Of a stretch of DNA of 64,000 bases, positions 30,359 to 44,375 are shown piece by piece (the stretch's first letter is position 1; the number at the start of each line of letters is the position of its first letter). Source of the stretch: Pseudomonadales bacterium (lineage in GTDB: Bacteria > Pseudomonadota > Gammaproteobacteria > Pseudomonadales > Azotimanducaceae); NCBI GenBank assembly GCA_041690675.1, contig JAWLGU010000004.1, forward strand, positions 34,636-98,635. Direction: 5' to 3'. Below the pieces are notes generated by a model that saw only the letters and a program-made list of their open reading frames with translations, did no database searches and had not been told where the DNA came from. Made by a program: the position numbers and the translations under genes.

Positions 30359-31603
30359 GTGAGCGCCGTTCGCGAAGCCGTGGCGGCGGCCTGGGATTCC
30401 GGGCCGCTGTTCGTAGGCTTCAGTGGCGGGCTGGACTCCACCGTGCTGCTGCACGCCGCAGAGCGTGAGCGCCGGGGACGGCCACTCACCGCCGTTCACG
30501 TGGACCACGCCCTGCATCCAGAGTCGGCCCGCTGGCATCGTCACTGTGAGTCGGTTTGTGCGGGCCTGGGGGTGGCGCTGGTGGCGCGGCGGGTTCGAGT
30601 GCCGAGCCGCGGCAACGTCGAAGCCCAGGCCCGGGCGGCGCGCTACGCCGTGTTCGCGGAGCTTCTGGCCCATGGCGGATTGCTGTTCCTCGCGCATCAC
30701 CGGAACGACCAGGCGGAGACGGTGCTGCTGCGGCTGCTGCAGGGGCGCGGCCTCTACGGCATGCCCCGGTCGCGCCCCTTGAGCGGCGGCACCCTGGTGC
30801 GCCCGCTGCTGGAGCTGCCGAGGGGTCAGCTCGCGGAGTACGCCGCACGGCACGGCCTCGCCTGGGTGGACGATCCCGCCAATGCGGATCCGGCGCTCGA
30901 TCGCAATTTCCTGCGTCACTACCTGCTGCCGGACATCCGCCGCCGCTGGCCGGACGTGGATCAGGCTCTGGTCGACGCCATGGAACGGCACCGGCTGGCC
31001 GATCGATTGCTCGTGCAGAGCACGGCCCTGGGACGGGATTGGCTGCCGGTGGCCGAGCTGGCGGCCCTTCCGCCCCGGGAGCGCCCGGAGCTGCTACGCG
31101 TCTGGCTCGCCGCTCGCGGCATCACCGCGCCGCCGCGCACCGCACTGGCGGAGTTCGACCGCCAGCTGCAGGGTGCCGCCGACCGCGACCCGCAGCTGGA
31201 GGTGGCGGGTGCGGCGCTGCGCCGCCATCGCGGCCGCATCCATCTGGTTCGACCCGTTCCTGCCCTGGCGGCGAGCTATCCGGTGCCGCTTCCGGGCACG
31301 CTGCGCCTGCCCCACGGCGAGCTGCAGGTGCAGCCGGACGAGCAGGGCTTCGCGCCGGTGGGGCCGGTGGAGGTGCGGTTCCGCTGCGGCGGCGAGCGGT
31401 TGCGCACCGGCGGCCATCACCGTGCGCTCAAGCAGCTGTTGCAGGATGCCGGCGTGCCGCCGTGGCGGCGGCCGGTGCATCCGTTGCTATACGACCGCCT
31501 GGGGCTGCTGGCGGTGCCGGGCATCGCCCTGCGCGATGCCGCCGACACGGCGGCGGGGCAGGTGGCGGCGCCGCGTTTCCGGGTCGAGTGGCACCCGCGC
31601 TGA
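30359..31603 (+). CDS. tilS: tRNA(Ile)-lysidine synthase
   Basis: PP-loop VGFSGGLDSTVLL...AHHRNDQAETVLL. 414 aa. Confidence 0.88.
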   Translation: MSAVREAVAAAWDSGPLFVGFSGGLDSTVLLHAAERERRGRPLTAVHVDHALHPESARWHRHCESVCAGLGVALVARRVRVPSRGNVEAQARAARYAVFAELLAHGGLLFLAHHRNDQAETVLLRLLQGRGLYGMPRSRPLSGGTLVRPLLELPRGQLAEYAARHGLAWVDDPANADPALDRNFLRHYLLPDIRRRWPDVDQALVDAMERHRLADRLLVQSTALGRDWLPVAELAALPPRERPELLRVWLAARGITAPPRTALAEFDRQLQGAADRDPQLEVAGAALRRHRGRIHLVRPVPALAASYPVPLPGTLRLPHGELQVQPDEQGFAPVGPVEVRFRCGGERLRTGGHHRALKQLLQDAGVPPWRRPVHPLLYDRLGLLAVPGIALRDAADTAAGQVAAPRFRVEWHPR

Positions 31604-31719
31604 GGGAGATTTTCTTTGAGGTTGTCAGGGCCTTTTGTTATCGTGCAATCCCATCTTGCGCACGCCCCTCGCGTGCGACCTTCCACAGATGGCGTGGGCG
31701 TCAGCGCGCCCCGAGGTGA

Positions 31720-33387
<1,668 letters not shown>

Positions 33388-33390
33388 GCC

Positions 33391-34236
33391 ATGGAGCTGT
33401 GCGGCTATCGCGTCGGCCTGGATCAGCCGCTGTTCCTCATCGCCGGGCCCTGCGTCATCGAGAGCGAGTCGCTCACCCTGGAGATCGCCGGCCGGCTGAA
33501 GGAGATCGCCGGCGGCTTGGGCATGCCTTTCATCTTCAAGAGCTCCTTCGACAAAGCCAACCGTTCGTCATTGGGCAGCTTCCGCGGCCCGGGTCTGGAC
33601 GCGGGACTCCAGGTGCTCGCCAAGGTCAAGGCCCAGATCGGGGTGCCGGTGCTCACCGACGTGCACGAGGATACCGACCTCGCCGCGGTGGCGGAGGTGG
33701 TGGACGTGCTGCAGACTCCGGCGTTTCTCTGCCGGCAGACCAACTTCATCGTCAACGTCTGCAGCCAGGGTCGCCCGGTGAACATCAAGAAGGGCCAGTT
33801 CCTTGCGCCGGCGGACATGACTCACGTGGTGGCCAAGGCCCGTTCCACGGGTAACGAGCAGATCATGGTCTGCGAGCGTGGGGTGAGCTTCGGGTACAAC
33901 AATCTGGTCTCGGACATGCGCGGCCTCGCCATCATGCGCGCCACGGGGGCGCCTGTGGTGTTCGACGCCACCCACTCGGTGCAGATGCCCGGGGGGCTCG
34001 GCAGCGCCTCCGGCGGTCAACGGGAGATGGTTCCGGTGCTGGCCCGGGCGGCGGTGGCTGCGGGAATCTCCGGGCTCTTCATGGAGACCCACCCGCAGCC
34101 GGAGGAAGCGCTCTCGGATGGCCCGAACTCCTGGCCGCTGGATATGATGGCGCCGCTCCTTGAGCAACTCCGGGACCTGGACCAGGTGGCCAAGTCGCGG
34201 CCGTTCCTGGAGCATGGTATTTCATCGCAGCCGTAG
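33391..34236 (+). CDS. kdsA: 3-deoxy-8-phosphooctulonate synthase
   Basis: 281 aa with [11 protein letters not shown]...[12 protein letters not shown]...DVHE blocks. Confidence 0.95.
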   Translation: MELCGYRVGLDQPLFLIAGPCVIESESLTLEIAGRLKEIAGGLGMPFIFKSSFDKANRSSLGSFRGPGLDAGLQVLAKVKAQIGVPVLTDVHEDTDLAAVAEVVDVLQTPAFLCRQTNFIVNVCSQGRPVNIKKGQFLAPADMTHVVAKARSTGNEQIMVCERGVSFGYNNLVSDMRGLAIMRATGAPVVFDATHSVQMPGGLGSASGGQREMVPVLARAAVAAGISGLFMETHPQPEEALSDGPNSWPLDMMAPLLEQLRDLDQVAKSRPFLEHGISSQP

Positions 34237-35538
<1,302 letters not shown>

Positions 35539-35546
35539 GTGACCGT

Positions 35547-35822
35547 ATGCGGGTGATTCTGGGCATCATGCTGGCCTTGACGATGTTGCTCCAGTACAAA
35601 GCCTGGTTCGGCGACGTCGGTCTGATGGAGGCGGTACGGCTGCGCGAGCAGGTGGCGGAACAGCGTGGCCGGGCAGAGCTGCTGGCGCAGCGTAACCGGC
35701 TGCTCACTGCGGAGGTGCTGGCCCTGAAGGAAGGCCTGGCCGCGGTGGAGGCCCGCGCCCGCAGCGACCTGGGGATGGTGCGAGAGGGCGAGACCTTCTA
35801 TCTCGTCAGCGACGTCGAATGA
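35547..35822 (+). CDS. ftsB: Cell division protein FtsB
   Basis: 91 aa with an N-terminal TM segment and a coiled coil (LQYKAWFGD...LREQV...). Canonical position after eno. Confidence 0.85.
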   Translation: MRVILGIMLALTMLLQYKAWFGDVGLMEAVRLREQVAEQRGRAELLAQRNRLLTAEVLALKEGLAAVEARARSDLGMVREGETFYLVSDVE

Positions 35823-36853
35823 GTGCCGCCCTCCCTTCGGCGGGCGCTGCCGCCTCGGCGGGCGCCGCCGATTCCTCCGGACCGGGCTGCTGGCCGCGGG
35901 CCCGCGCCGGCATCGAGTCTCGGGCGGTGATGAAGCTGCACCCCGAGGACTTTCGGGTGGACGAGGTTGCCGGCTTCACCCCCACCGGGGAGGGCGAGCA
36001 CCTGTACCTGCGCATCGAGAAGACCGGTGCCGCCACCTCGGAGCTGGCGCGGGCGCTGGCCCGTGCCTTCGCCGTGCCGGATGCATCGGTAGGCTACGCC
36101 GGCATGAAGGACCGCCATGCCGTGACCACCCAGTGGTTCAGCATCCAGACCCCTTTGGATCACCCTCCCGGCGGCGCGCTCGCGCTGCCAGACTTCACGG
36201 GCGTGCGGGTTCTCGAGGCCTGCCGGCACCGGCGCAAGTTGCGGCGCGGCGAGCTGGCGGGCAACCGGTTCCGCATCCGTTTGCGGCGGGTCACCGGCGA
36301 GACCTGGCCGGGCCGGCTCGAGGCGCTGCGAAGCGGCGGCGCACCCAATTACTTCGGGCCCCAGCGCTTCGGTGGCGACAACCTCGCCGCCGCGCGCGCC
36401 TGGCTGGGCGAGCGGCGCCGGCGCCGGCTGGGCGCATTCCGCTCGGGACTGTACCTGTCGGTGCTGCGCAGCTTGCTGTTCAACGAGGTGCTGGCGGCCC
36501 GGGTGCGGGCAGGAACGTGGAATCGGGTGCTTCCGGGGGAAGTGACGCAGGACGACCCGGCCGGCACGCCGCGGCCCACGGGACCGCTGTGGGGGCGGGG
36601 GCGTTCTGCCGCTGCAGCGGAAGCTCTGGCGGTGGAGCAGGGGGCGCTGGCGCCTCACGCCGAGCTCTGCGAGGGCCTCGAGCACGCCGGACTGCGGCAG
36701 GCGCGGCGGGTTCTGGTGCTGGAAGCGGCGGATCTCGGTTGGGAGCGGGACGGCGACCAACTGGAGCTCACCTTTGCCCTGCCGGCCGGCGGCTACGCCA
36801 CTACGTTCCTTGCCGAAGCCTTCGACCTGCAAGACCGGGCGGGACGCGGATGA
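35819..36853 (+). CDS. truD: tRNA pseudouridine(13) synthase
   Basis: 344 aa with [17 protein letters not shown] and [10 protein letters not shown] blocks. ATGA overlap with ftsB. Confidence 0.88.
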   Translation: MSAALPSAGAAASAGAADSSGPGCWPRARAGIESRAVMKLHPEDFRVDEVAGFTPTGEGEHLYLRIEKTGAATSELARALARAFAVPDASVGYAGMKDRHAVTTQWFSIQTPLDHPPGGALALPDFTGVRVLEACRHRRKLRRGELAGNRFRIRLRRVTGETWPGRLEALRSGGAPNYFGPQRFGGDNLAAARAWLGERRRRRLGAFRSGLYLSVLRSLLFNEVLAARVRAGTWNRVLPGEVTQDDPAGTPRPTGPLWGRGRSAAAAEALAVEQGALAPHAELCEGLEHAGLRQARRVLVLEAADLGWERDGDQLELTFALPAGGYATTFLAEAFDLQDRAGRG

Positions 36854-37518
36854 GCCGGATCGACGTGGCCGGCAGCGGCATGACGTCCCAGCGCACCCGG
36901 GATCGCCTGGTGGCGCGGCTGCGGCAGAAGGGCATCCATGACGACGCCGTGCTTACCGCCATCGGCTGGGTACCGCGCCACGTCTTCGTGGACGAAGCCC
37001 TGGCACACCGGGCCTACGAGGACACGGCGCTGCCCATCGGCTTTGGGCAGACCATCTCGCAGCCGTTCATCGTCGCCCTCATGACTCAGATTCTGCTGTC
37101 GGCGCCCCGTTCCCGGGTGCTGGAGGTGGGCACCGGGTCGGGCTATCAGACCGCGGTGCTGGCGCGGCTGCGTCCCTTGGTACGGCGGGTCTTCACCGTC
37201 GAGCGCTTCCGGGACCTGAGCGAGCGGGCCGAACAGCGCCTGAACGCCCTGCGGATTTTGAGCGTGCGCTTTCGTCACGGCGACGGCTACGAAGGCTGGC
37301 GGGAGGAAGCTCCCTTCGACGGCATCCTGGTGACGGCGGCGCCCCCCGAGGTGCCCGAGGCGCTGCTGGAGCAGCTGGCGCCGGGGGGCCGTATGGTGGT
37401 GCCGGTGGGTGGCGGCGACGTGCAGGAGCTGCGGGTCTACGACCGGACGGAGAGCGGGCACCGGGTCGAGACGGTGGAGTACGTGCGGTTCGTGCCACTG
37501 CTGAAGGGGCGGCGATGA
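36850..37518 (+). CDS. pcm: Protein-L-isoaspartate O-methyltransferase
   Basis: 222 aa with [12 protein letters not shown] and the SAM motif [20 protein letters not shown] overlap with truD. Confidence 0.9.
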   Translation: MSRIDVAGSGMTSQRTRDRLVARLRQKGIHDDAVLTAIGWVPRHVFVDEALAHRAYEDTALPIGFGQTISQPFIVALMTQILLSAPRSRVLEVGTGSGYQTAVLARLRPLVRRVFTVERFRDLSERAEQRLNALRILSVRFRHGDGYEGWREEAPFDGILVTAAPPEVPEALLEQLAPGGRMVVPVGGGDVQELRVYDRTESGHRVETVEYVRFVPLLKGRR

Positions 37519-38429
37519 CCGATGAAGCCACACCGGCAGGACTGTCCGACCCCGTCCCGGCCAGAGGCCTGTCAGGGTGGCTGGGGATCGGCGTGCGCGG
37601 CATGGCCATGGGCGTGGCCGAGCTGGTGCCCGGCGTTTCCGGCGGCACCATCGCCTTCGTCACCGGAATCTACGACGAGCTGATCCGCACCCTGGCCAGC
37701 TTCAGCCTGGTCGGCTCGCCGAGGTTGCTGTGGCGCGACGGCTGGCGCACCTTCTGGAGGGCCCACAACCTGACGTTCCTGCTGGTGCTGGCCAGCGGCA
37801 TGGTGATGGCGGTGGTGGTGTTCGCGCGTCTGCTGGAATACCTGCTGGATCAGGTGGCGGTGATGGTGTGGGGCTTTTTCTTCGGTCTCATCGCCGCTTC
37901 GGTGGTGCAGATCGGCCGCTTCCGCCCGCCGGCGGCGCTGGCGGTGTACGGGGTGGTCGGCCTGCTGCTGGGGGCGGCGCTCATGCAGGTGGGCTTCCGG
38001 GAAGGCGAGGCGCCTCTGTGGATGTTCTTCGTGGGCGGCATGCTGGCGGTGTCGGCCTGGCTTCTGCCGGCGGTGTCCGGCAGCTTCCTGCTGCTGGTTC
38101 TGGGGCTCTACGAGCCGGTGCTGCGGGCGTTCAACGCGGGTCACTGGCTCGTGCCGGCGGTGCTGGCGGCAGGCTGCGCGGTGGGCCTGCTGCTGTTCTC
38201 GCGGCTGCTCTACTGGCTCATGAGGCGGGCGCGGGAGCCGGTGCTCGCCAGCCTCACCGGATTCATGGCGGGGTCGCTGCTGCGTCTCTGGCCCTGGCAG
38301 GCGGAGCACGCGCTGCTGTCGCCGCTCGGCTATCAGGCTGCCACGGGCCAGCCGGCGCTGTGGCTGCCGGTGATCCTGGCGGCGGCGCTGGGGGTCGTCA
38401 CCCTTTGGCTGCTGTCGCGCCTGGAGTGA
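37515..38429 (+). CDS. DUF368-family polytopic membrane protein (family recently linked to undecaprenyl-phosphate recycling)
   Basis: 304 aa and multi-TM, with the DUF368-type motif [19 protein letters not shown] repeated as [21 protein letters not shown] overlap with pcm. Confidence 0.7.
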   Translation: MTDEATPAGLSDPVPARGLSGWLGIGVRGMAMGVAELVPGVSGGTIAFVTGIYDELIRTLASFSLVGSPRLLWRDGWRTFWRAHNLTFLLVLASGMVMAVVVFARLLEYLLDQVAVMVWGFFFGLIAASVVQIGRFRPPAALAVYGVVGLLLGAALMQVGFREGEAPLWMFFVGGMLAVSAWLLPAVSGSFLLLVLGLYEPVLRAFNAGHWLVPAVLAAGCAVGLLLFSRLLYWLMRRAREPVLASLTGFMAGSLLRLWPWQAEHALLSPLGYQAATGQPALWLPVILAAALGVVTLWLLSRLE

Positions 38430-39148
38430 CTCCGGCGTCCGCGCAGGCCCGCGTGCCCGGCGCGCTGCTGATCCTGATGCTGGCGCTTGCTGCGAGCTGC
38501 GCCGCCCCGGGTCGGCCGGTGGTGGCGGACCGTTCCCCGGTATTCGGCAGCCTGCCCTCCAGCTACGTGGTCCGGGCGGGCGATACCCTGTACTCCATCG
38601 CCTGGCGCTTCGGTCTGGATTACCGCGCGCTGGCGCGAGCCAACGGAATCGCGGCGCCGTACACCATCTTCGCCGGGCAGCGGCTGGAGCTGCGCAGCAC
38701 GCCGCGGTCGCAGGCGGCGCGCAAGGCGCCGGCCGGTCCCCGGCCGCGCCCCGACCGGCCCGCTCCGGAGGTCGATCGCGCCCCTCCCGCCTGGCTCCGG
38801 CCCACCCAGGGCCCGGCGCAGCGGGGCTTCGGTCATGGCAGCAAGGGCATCGACTACCGGTTGCAGCCTGACCACGTGGTTCGCGCCGCGGCTGCCGGCG
38901 AGGTCGTCTACGCCGGCAGCGGCCTGGGCGGCTACCGCCACCTGGTGATCATCAAGCACGACCCCGCGTATCTCAGTGCCTACAGTCTGCATCGGCCGAT
39001 CCTCGTGCGGGAAGGCCAGCGTATTAAAGCTGGCGCCAAACTTGCCGACATATCAGACGGCGGGCGCAGAGACGAGACGCTGCACTTCGAGATTCGCCGG
39101 AACGGCGAACCCGTGGACCCGGGATCGAAGCTCGGCCCGGCTCCATGA
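38426..39148 (+). CDS. nlpD: LysM + M23 peptidase-family lipoprotein NlpD
   Basis: Lipobox LALAASC, LysM ([29 protein letters not shown]) and a C-terminal M23/LytM-like domain. Directly upstream of rpoS. The start is GTG 38426 (GTGA overlap) or GTG 38453. Confidence 0.85.
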   Translation: MTPASAQARVPGALLILMLALAASCAAPGRPVVADRSPVFGSLPSSYVVRAGDTLYSIAWRFGLDYRALARANGIAAPYTIFAGQRLELRSTPRSQAARKAPAGPRPRPDRPAPEVDRAPPAWLRPTQGPAQRGFGHGSKGIDYRLQPDHVVRAAAAGEVVYAGSGLGGYRHLVIIKHDPAYLSAYSLHRPILVREGQRIKAGAKLADISDGGRRDETLHFEIRRNGEPVDPGSKLGPAP

Positions 39149-39216
39149 GCCGGCTGGCTCTGTGGGCCGCAGCCGGTGATCGGCGCCCGAACGTGTCGCG
39201 GAGAAAGGATGCTCCC

Positions 39217-40131
39217 ATGAGAATGCAAGACGCTGTAGAGATCACGCCCCGGCCTGCGGCGGCCTCCTGGGCGACCGAGCGGGCCGTCCTGGACGAGCCG
39301 GACTCCCCGGATGCTACGCGGCTCTATCTCAAGGAGATCGGCGGGGCTCCGCTGTTGAGCGCGGAGGAGGAGCGCCGTTTCGGCCGGCTGGCCCGGGCCG
39401 GCGATGCGGCGGGCCGGAGGCGCATGATCGAGAGCAATCTGCGTTTGGTGGTGAAGATCGCCCGCCGCTACATCAACCGTGGCTTGCCGCTGCTCGACCT
39501 GATCGAGGAGGGCAACCTGGGGCTGATCCACGCGGTGGAGAAGTTCGACCCGGAGCGCGGCTTCCGCTTCTCCACCTACGCCACGTGGTGGATCCGTCAG
39601 GCGGTGGAACGGGCGCTCATGAATCAGACCCGCACCATCCGCCTTCCCGTTCACGTGATGAAGGAGCTCAACCTGTGCCTGCGGGCCGCCCGCGAGCTCT
39701 CGCAGAAGCTCGATCACGAGCCCGTCCCGGAGGACATCGCCGAGCTGCTCGGCAAGCCCGTGGATGACGTTCGGCGGCTGCTCAAGCTTGCCGAGCGGGT
39801 GGAGTCGGTGGACGCGGTGCGCGAGCACGGCGACCGCCATGTGCTGGAGGTGGTGGCTGACGGCGCGTCGCCCGATCCGGCCACCACCGTCCAGGACGCC
39901 GACCTCATGAGCAAGCTGGAGGGCCTGGTGGCGGGACTACCGGAACGTCAGCAGAGTGTGCTGCTGCGCCGCTTCGGTCTCGGCGGACACGAGCCCGCCA
40001 CCCTGGAAGAGGTGGGGGCCGCCCTGGGCCTCACCCGCGAGCGGGTACGCCAGGTGCAGATCGAGGCGCTGAAACGGTTGCGCCGGGCTCTGGAAGCCGA
40101 GGGCCTGGATCCGCGCCAGCTGCTCGACTGA
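39217..40131 (+). CDS. rpoS: RNA polymerase sigma factor RpoS
   Basis: Sigma-70 regions 1.2-4 ([52 protein letters not shown]) and a position after nlpD. ATG 39217 is preceded by GGAGAAAGG. Confidence 0.9.
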   Translation: MRMQDAVEITPRPAAASWATERAVLDEPDSPDATRLYLKEIGGAPLLSAEEERRFGRLARAGDAAGRRRMIESNLRLVVKIARRYINRGLPLLDLIEEGNLGLIHAVEKFDPERGFRFSTYATWWIRQAVERALMNQTRTIRLPVHVMKELNLCLRAARELSQKLDHEPVPEDIAELLGKPVDDVRRLLKLAERVESVDAVREHGDRHVLEVVADGASPDPATTVQDADLMSKLEGLVAGLPERQQSVLLRRFGLGGHEPATLEEVGAALGLTRERVRQVQIEALKRLRRALEAEGLDPRQLLD

Positions 40132-40158
40132 CGGCGCGCTCTCAGCGTTCGAGCAGCT
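40118..40158. terminator. Bidirectional hairpin between convergent rpoS and fdxA
   Basis: Perfect 10-bp inverted repeat, AGCTGCTCGA (40118-40127) and TCGAGCAGCT (40149-40158), with additional inner CTGA/TCAG pairing. It spans both stop codons. There is no clear U-tract, so it may be Rho-dependent or only a stability element. Confidence 0.4.
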
Positions 40159-40465
40159 CGCGCTTGTCGGGCTTGCCGTCCCACTCCTCGGCGTCGGGGA
40201 GCGGGTCCTTCTTCTCGGTGATGTTGGGCCAGATCTCGGCCATTTCCTGGTTGATCTCCAGGAACACGTGCTGGTCCTCGGGAAGCTCGTCCTCGGAGAA
40301 GATGGCATCCACCGGACACTCGGGCTCGCACAGCGCGCAGTCGATGCACTCGTCCGGGTGAATCACCAGCATGTTCGGCCCTTCGTAGAAGCAGTCGACG
40401 GGGCAGACTTCCACACAATCGGTGTGCTTGCACTTGATGCAGTTTTCGCCGACGACGAAGGTCAT
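40142..40465 (-). CDS. fdxA: 7Fe ferredoxin (Azotobacter/Pseudomonas FdxA type)
   Basis: 107 aa, [29 protein letters not shown]...[16 protein letters not shown]. Downstream of mutS, as in Pseudomonas. Confidence 0.92.
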   Translation of the reverse strand: MTFVVGENCIKCKHTDCVEVCPVDCFYEGPNMLVIHPDECIDCALCEPECPVDAIFSEDELPEDQHVFLEINQEMAEIWPNITEKKDPLPDAEEWDGKPDKRELLER

Positions 40466-40544
40466 TTACGCAATCCTGACTTGGAGAAACGGACATTTTA
40501 GCAGATGGGCCGCGGCCTGTGCTCCACCGTGCGATGGCCGGCGC

Positions 40545-43199
40545 TCATGGCTCATGGCGCAGCTCCCGGAGCTCGTAGACCAGACTCAGCGCCTCGCGCG
40601 GGGTCAGCTCGTCCGGGTTCACGGCATCGAGGCGCGCGAGGAGCGCGGCTGCCGCCTGATCCCCCGTGGCCGTGACGGCGCCGCCGGGGATGCTGCCGGA
40701 AGCGGCGTCGTCGGCGCTGGCGCCGTTCGCCGATCCAGGGGTATCGTCGATTCGCGGGTGGAACAGGTCGGCTTGAACCGGGTTCGGATGACTCTGTTGT
40801 TCCAGGGCGGCGAGCTTCTGCTGGGCCGCCTCCAGCACCGCGACGGGAACCCCGGCCAGCCGGGCGACCTGAATACCGTAGCTCTGGCTCGCCGCGCCCG
40901 GCTCCACGCTGTGCAGGAACACGATCCGACCCCGATGCTCGGTGGCGGCGAGGTGCACGTTGGCGGTGGCGGGCAGCTCGTCGGCGAGGCTGGTGAGCTC
41001 GAAATAGTGCGTGGCGAACAGGGTGAACGCGCGCCGCTGGCGTGCCAGGAAAGTCGCCGTGGCCCACGCCAGCGCCAGCCCGTCGTAGGTGCTGGTGCCA
41101 CGGCCGATCTCGTCCAGCAGCACCAGGCTGGAGGCCGTGGCGTTGTGCAGAATGTTGGCCGTCTCGGTCATCTCGACCATGAAGGTGGAGCGGCCGCCGG
41201 CCAGATCGTCCGACGCGCCGATGCGGGTGAAGATGCGGTCCACGGGCCCGAGGCGCGCGTCCTCCGCCGGGACGAAGCTGCCGCTGTAGGCCAGCAGCAC
41301 CATGAGCGCGGCCTGACGCATGTAGGTGGATTTGCCACCCATGTTCGGGCCGGTGACGATGAGCATGCGGCGCCCGTCGTCGAGGCACAGATCGTTGGGG
41401 ACGAAGGGGTCCGGGCTCGACGCCTTCACCACCGGATGCCAGCCGCCGCGGATGTCGAGCCTGGGCGCGACGTCCAGCTCGGGTCGGGTCCAGCCCAGCG
41501 TCCGCGCCCGCTCGGCGAAGGTGGTCAGCACGTCCAGCTCCGCCACCGCGGCGGCGGCCGTGGAAAGGCCGGCCACCGATGCCGCGAGCTGTGCCACCAG
41601 CTCGTCGAACAGTTGCCGCTCCAGCTTCAGGGAGCGCGCCTGGGCGGTGAGCGCCTCGTCCTCGAACGCCTTCAGCTCGGGGATGATGTAGCGCTCCGCG
41701 TTCTTCAGGGTCTGGCGGCGCACGTAGTCGGCGGGCACTTCGTTGCCGGCCGCCCGGCTGGTCTCGATGTAATAGCCGTGGACCCGGTTGTACCCGACCT
41801 TCAGGGTCGCGATTCCGGTGCGCGCCCGCTCGCGCTGCTCGAGCTCTGCCAGCCACTGGCCGGCGTTCTCGGTGAGATTGCGCAGCTCGTCGAGCCGGGT
41901 GTCGTACCCCGGGGCGATGACGCCGCCGTCGCGCACGGTGGCCGGCGGCGCCTCCACCAGAGCGCGACACAACAGGCCGAGCTCGTCATCGAAGGGTGGC
42001 AAGGCCTCGGCGATGGCGCTCAGGCGTTCCCCTGACGGCTCGCTGCGGAGCAGCCGGGTGAGCAGCGGGAACTGACCGATAGCCGTGCGCAGCCGCGCCA
42101 GATCCCGGGGGCTGGCGCGGCCGAGCGCCAGCCGTGACACGACCCGTTCCAGGTCGCCCACCTCCCTGAGCTCCCGGCGCAGCGTTTCCAAATCGACGTT
42201 CTCCTGCAGCCGGGTCACCGCTTCGTGGCGGGCGGATACCCGAGCCGGGTCGCGCAGCGGAGCGTTCAGCCAGCGCCGCAGCAGGCGCGCGCCCATGGGC
42301 GTGCGGCAGGTATTGAGCAGGGCGAACAGGGTGCCGTCCTCGCTGCCGTCGAGGCGCCGGTCGATCTCCAGATTGCGCCTGGAGTGGGCGTCCAGGGTGA
42401 TCACCGAGTCTTCGCCCAGGGGCACCAGCCGGTCGATGTGCTGGAGGTCCCGGCACTGGGTGAGCTTGGCGTACTCGAGCACCGCGCTGGCAGCGCCCAC
42501 CGTGGCGGAGTCGGCGTCGACGCCGAAGCCGGCCAGATCTCTCGTGCCGAAATGTCGGGTCAGGCGCGCCAGGCCGAGCTCCGTGTCGAACTCCAGAGGA
42601 TCCCGCTCGCGCACCGCTACCCGCAGGCCCTCCAGGCCTGGCAGGGGCGCGGGCGTGAGGATCTCGCTGGGCCCGAGCCGGGCCAGTTCGTCCGCCAGGG
42701 CGGCCGCATCATGGAGCTCCGCCACCGCCAGCTCCCCGCTGCCCAGGTTCAGCACCGCCACGCCGAAGACGTCGCCGCGCGGGTTGACGCCCATGAGCAG
42801 GCTGTCCCGGGCGGCGTCCTGCAGCGCCTCCTCGGTGAGGGTGCCCGGGGTCACGATTCGCTGAACCCGGCGCTCCACCGGCCCCTTGCTGGCGGCCGGG
42901 TCGCCGATCTGCTCGCAGATGGCCACGGACACGCCGAGCTTGACCAGCCGCGCCAGGTAACCGTCCGCCGCGTGGTACGGCACCCCGGCCATGGGGATGG
43001 GCGCCCCTGCCGACTGGCCCCGGGTGGTGAGGGTGATGTCGAGCAGCTCGGCGGCGCGGCGGGCGTCGTCGTAGAACAGCTCGTAGAAGTCCCCCATGCG
43101 GTAGAACAGCAGCTCGTCCGGGTGCTCTGCCTTGATGCGCAGGTACTGCTGCATCATGGGGGTGTGGTCGGATTTCTGGTTGTTGTTCGGCGAGTTCAC
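40545..43199 (-). CDS. mutS: DNA mismatch repair protein MutS
   Basis: [32 protein letters not shown]-terminus and Walker [14 protein letters not shown]. The start is taken at GTG 43199, which gives an E. coli-like N-terminal length. ATG 43157 is an alternative. The longest ORF start at 43271 is unlikely. Confidence 0.93.
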   Translation of the reverse strand: MNSPNNNQKSDHTPMMQQYLRIKAEHPDELLFYRMGDFYELFYDDARRAAELLDITLTTRGQSAGAPIPMAGVPYHAADGYLARLVKLGVSVAICEQIGDPAASKGPVERRVQRIVTPGTLTEEALQDAARDSLLMGVNPRGDVFGVAVLNLGSGELAVAELHDAAALADELARLGPSEILTPAPLPGLEGLRVAVRERDPLEFDTELGLARLTRHFGTRDLAGFGVDADSATVGAASAVLEYAKLTQCRDLQHIDRLVPLGEDSVITLDAHSRRNLEIDRRLDGSEDGTLFALLNTCRTPMGARLLRRWLNAPLRDPARVSARHEAVTRLQENVDLETLRRELREVGDLERVVSRLALGRASPRDLARLRTAIGQFPLLTRLLRSEPSGERLSAIAEALPPFDDELGLLCRALVEAPPATVRDGGVIAPGYDTRLDELRNLTENAGQWLAELEQRERARTGIATLKVGYNRVHGYYIETSRAAGNEVPADYVRRQTLKNAERYIIPELKAFEDEALTAQARSLKLERQLFDELVAQLAASVAGLSTAAAAVAELDVLTTFAERARTLGWTRPELDVAPRLDIRGGWHPVVKASSPDPFVPNDLCLDDGRRMLIVTGPNMGGKSTYMRQAALMVLLAYSGSFVPAEDARLGPVDRIFTRIGASDDLAGGRSTFMVEMTETANILHNATASSLVLLDEIGRGTSTYDGLALAWATATFLARQRRAFTLFATHYFELTSLADELPATANVHLAATEHRGRIVFLHSVEPGAASQSYGIQVARLAGVPVAVLEAAQQKLAALEQQSHPNPVQADLFHPRIDDTPGSANGASADDAASGSIPGGAVTATGDQAAAALLARLDAVNPDELTPREALSLVYELRELRHEP

Positions 43200-43287
43200 G
43201 AATCTCCAGAAGGTGCGCGATCGGGTGCGATTCGAGGGATGGTAGGGAATGCCGGCGCTCCCGCCAATCACCCCGATCCGCGCACCG

Positions 43288-43323
43288 CCCCGGCCGGGGC
43301 CGGGGCCGGGGCCGGAGCCGGAG
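43288..43323. repeat. 12-bp palindrome CCCCGGCCGGGG running into five tandem hexamers (CCGGGG x3, CCGGAG x2)
   Basis: Read directly from the sequence at 43288-43323, in the 135-bp spacer between the MCO stop (43335) and the mutS start. Confidence 0.8.
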
Positions 43324-43334
43324 CGAGGGGGCGG

Positions 43335-44357
43335 CTACTCCATGAGCAGCCGGCCGCGATGCACCGGGGTGTCGTGGAGCCCGTGGGGCTTGGCCATCGC
43401 GTCCATCATGTAGAAGTCGGGCTGGTAGTCCACCTTCTTCCAGTGGTAGTAGTCGTCGGGCTCCACGCCCTCGTACTCCACCACCAGCATGGAGCCGCCG
43501 TGCTCCTTGCCGTTGTTGGTGGTGTGGTGCTCGATGTGGTCGTGGGTCATCCAGAGTCCTGGGTTGTTCATCTCGACGATGACGTCGTAGCGCTCGCCGG
43601 GGGCGAGACTGACCACGTCGGCGGGGTAGGGCTGCTCCAGCGGCAGGCCGTCCTTGTGGGTCACCAGCATGTCGTGGCCGTGCAGATGGAAGGCCACCGG
43701 AATCGTCGCCGCGATGAGCCGCAGCCGCAGCACGTCGCCTTTCTCCACCCGCAGCGGCTGATTGGTGGGGAAGCTCTTGCCGTTGATCGAGAAGTAGTTG
43801 ATCACCTCTCCGGGATGGCCGCCCTCGCCGTAGCTGCCGGCCACCTCGGAGTTCCATCCCGAGAACATGAGGATCGCGTCCTTGGTCACTCGCTTCTCCA
43901 GCCGCGTCGGCTTCTTCGGGTCGACGATGAATGGTCCCCACATACCCCTCAGCCCCACGTGCTCCGAGACGTTGACGTGGCAGTGATACCACAGGGTGCC
44001 GATCTTGTCGGCCACGAAGCGGTAGGTGAAGCTGTCACCCGGCTGAATGGCCGGCTGGGTCACGTCGGGCACGCCGTCGGAGCGCCAGGTTCCGGTCTGG
44101 TAGACCCCGTGCCAGTGAACCGTATGGTTGAGGGTGGTCATGTTGTGAACCGTCACCTCCAGCTCGTCGCCTTCCTTCACGTGGAACAACGGGCCGGGTA
44201 CCTGACCGTTGTAGGCCCACACCTTGGCCTTGAACCCGGGGGCCACGTCGATTTCCACCTCCTCGATGGTCATCTCGAACTTGCGCAGCTCCGCGTAGCC
44301 CGGTGCGGCCACGGCGAGCAGGACGAGGGTGAGGCAGACCTGTTTCGCGATGGGCAT
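43335..44357 (-). CDS. Two-domain multicopper oxidase (NcgA-like, T1 site in the N-terminal domain), periplasmic
   Basis: 340 aa with a signal peptide (LLAVAAPGYA/EL). Copper motifs occur in the order HWHG, YHCHVNVSEHVGLRGM, HLHGH, HDHIEHH. Confidence 0.8.
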   Translation of the reverse strand: MPIAKQVCLTLVLLAVAAPGYAELRKFEMTIEEVEIDVAPGFKAKVWAYNGQVPGPLFHVKEGDELEVTVHNMTTLNHTVHWHGVYQTGTWRSDGVPDVTQPAIQPGDSFTYRFVADKIGTLWYHCHVNVSEHVGLRGMWGPFIVDPKKPTRLEKRVTKDAILMFSGWNSEVAGSYGEGGHPGEVINYFSINGKSFPTNQPLRVEKGDVLRLRLIAATIPVAFHLHGHDMLVTHKDGLPLEQPYPADVVSLAPGERYDVIVEMNNPGLWMTHDHIEHHTTNNGKEHGGSMLVVEYEGVEPDDYYHWKKVDYQPDFYMMDAMAKPHGLHDTPVHRGRLLME

Positions 44358-44375
44358 GTCTTCTACTCCTTGATG

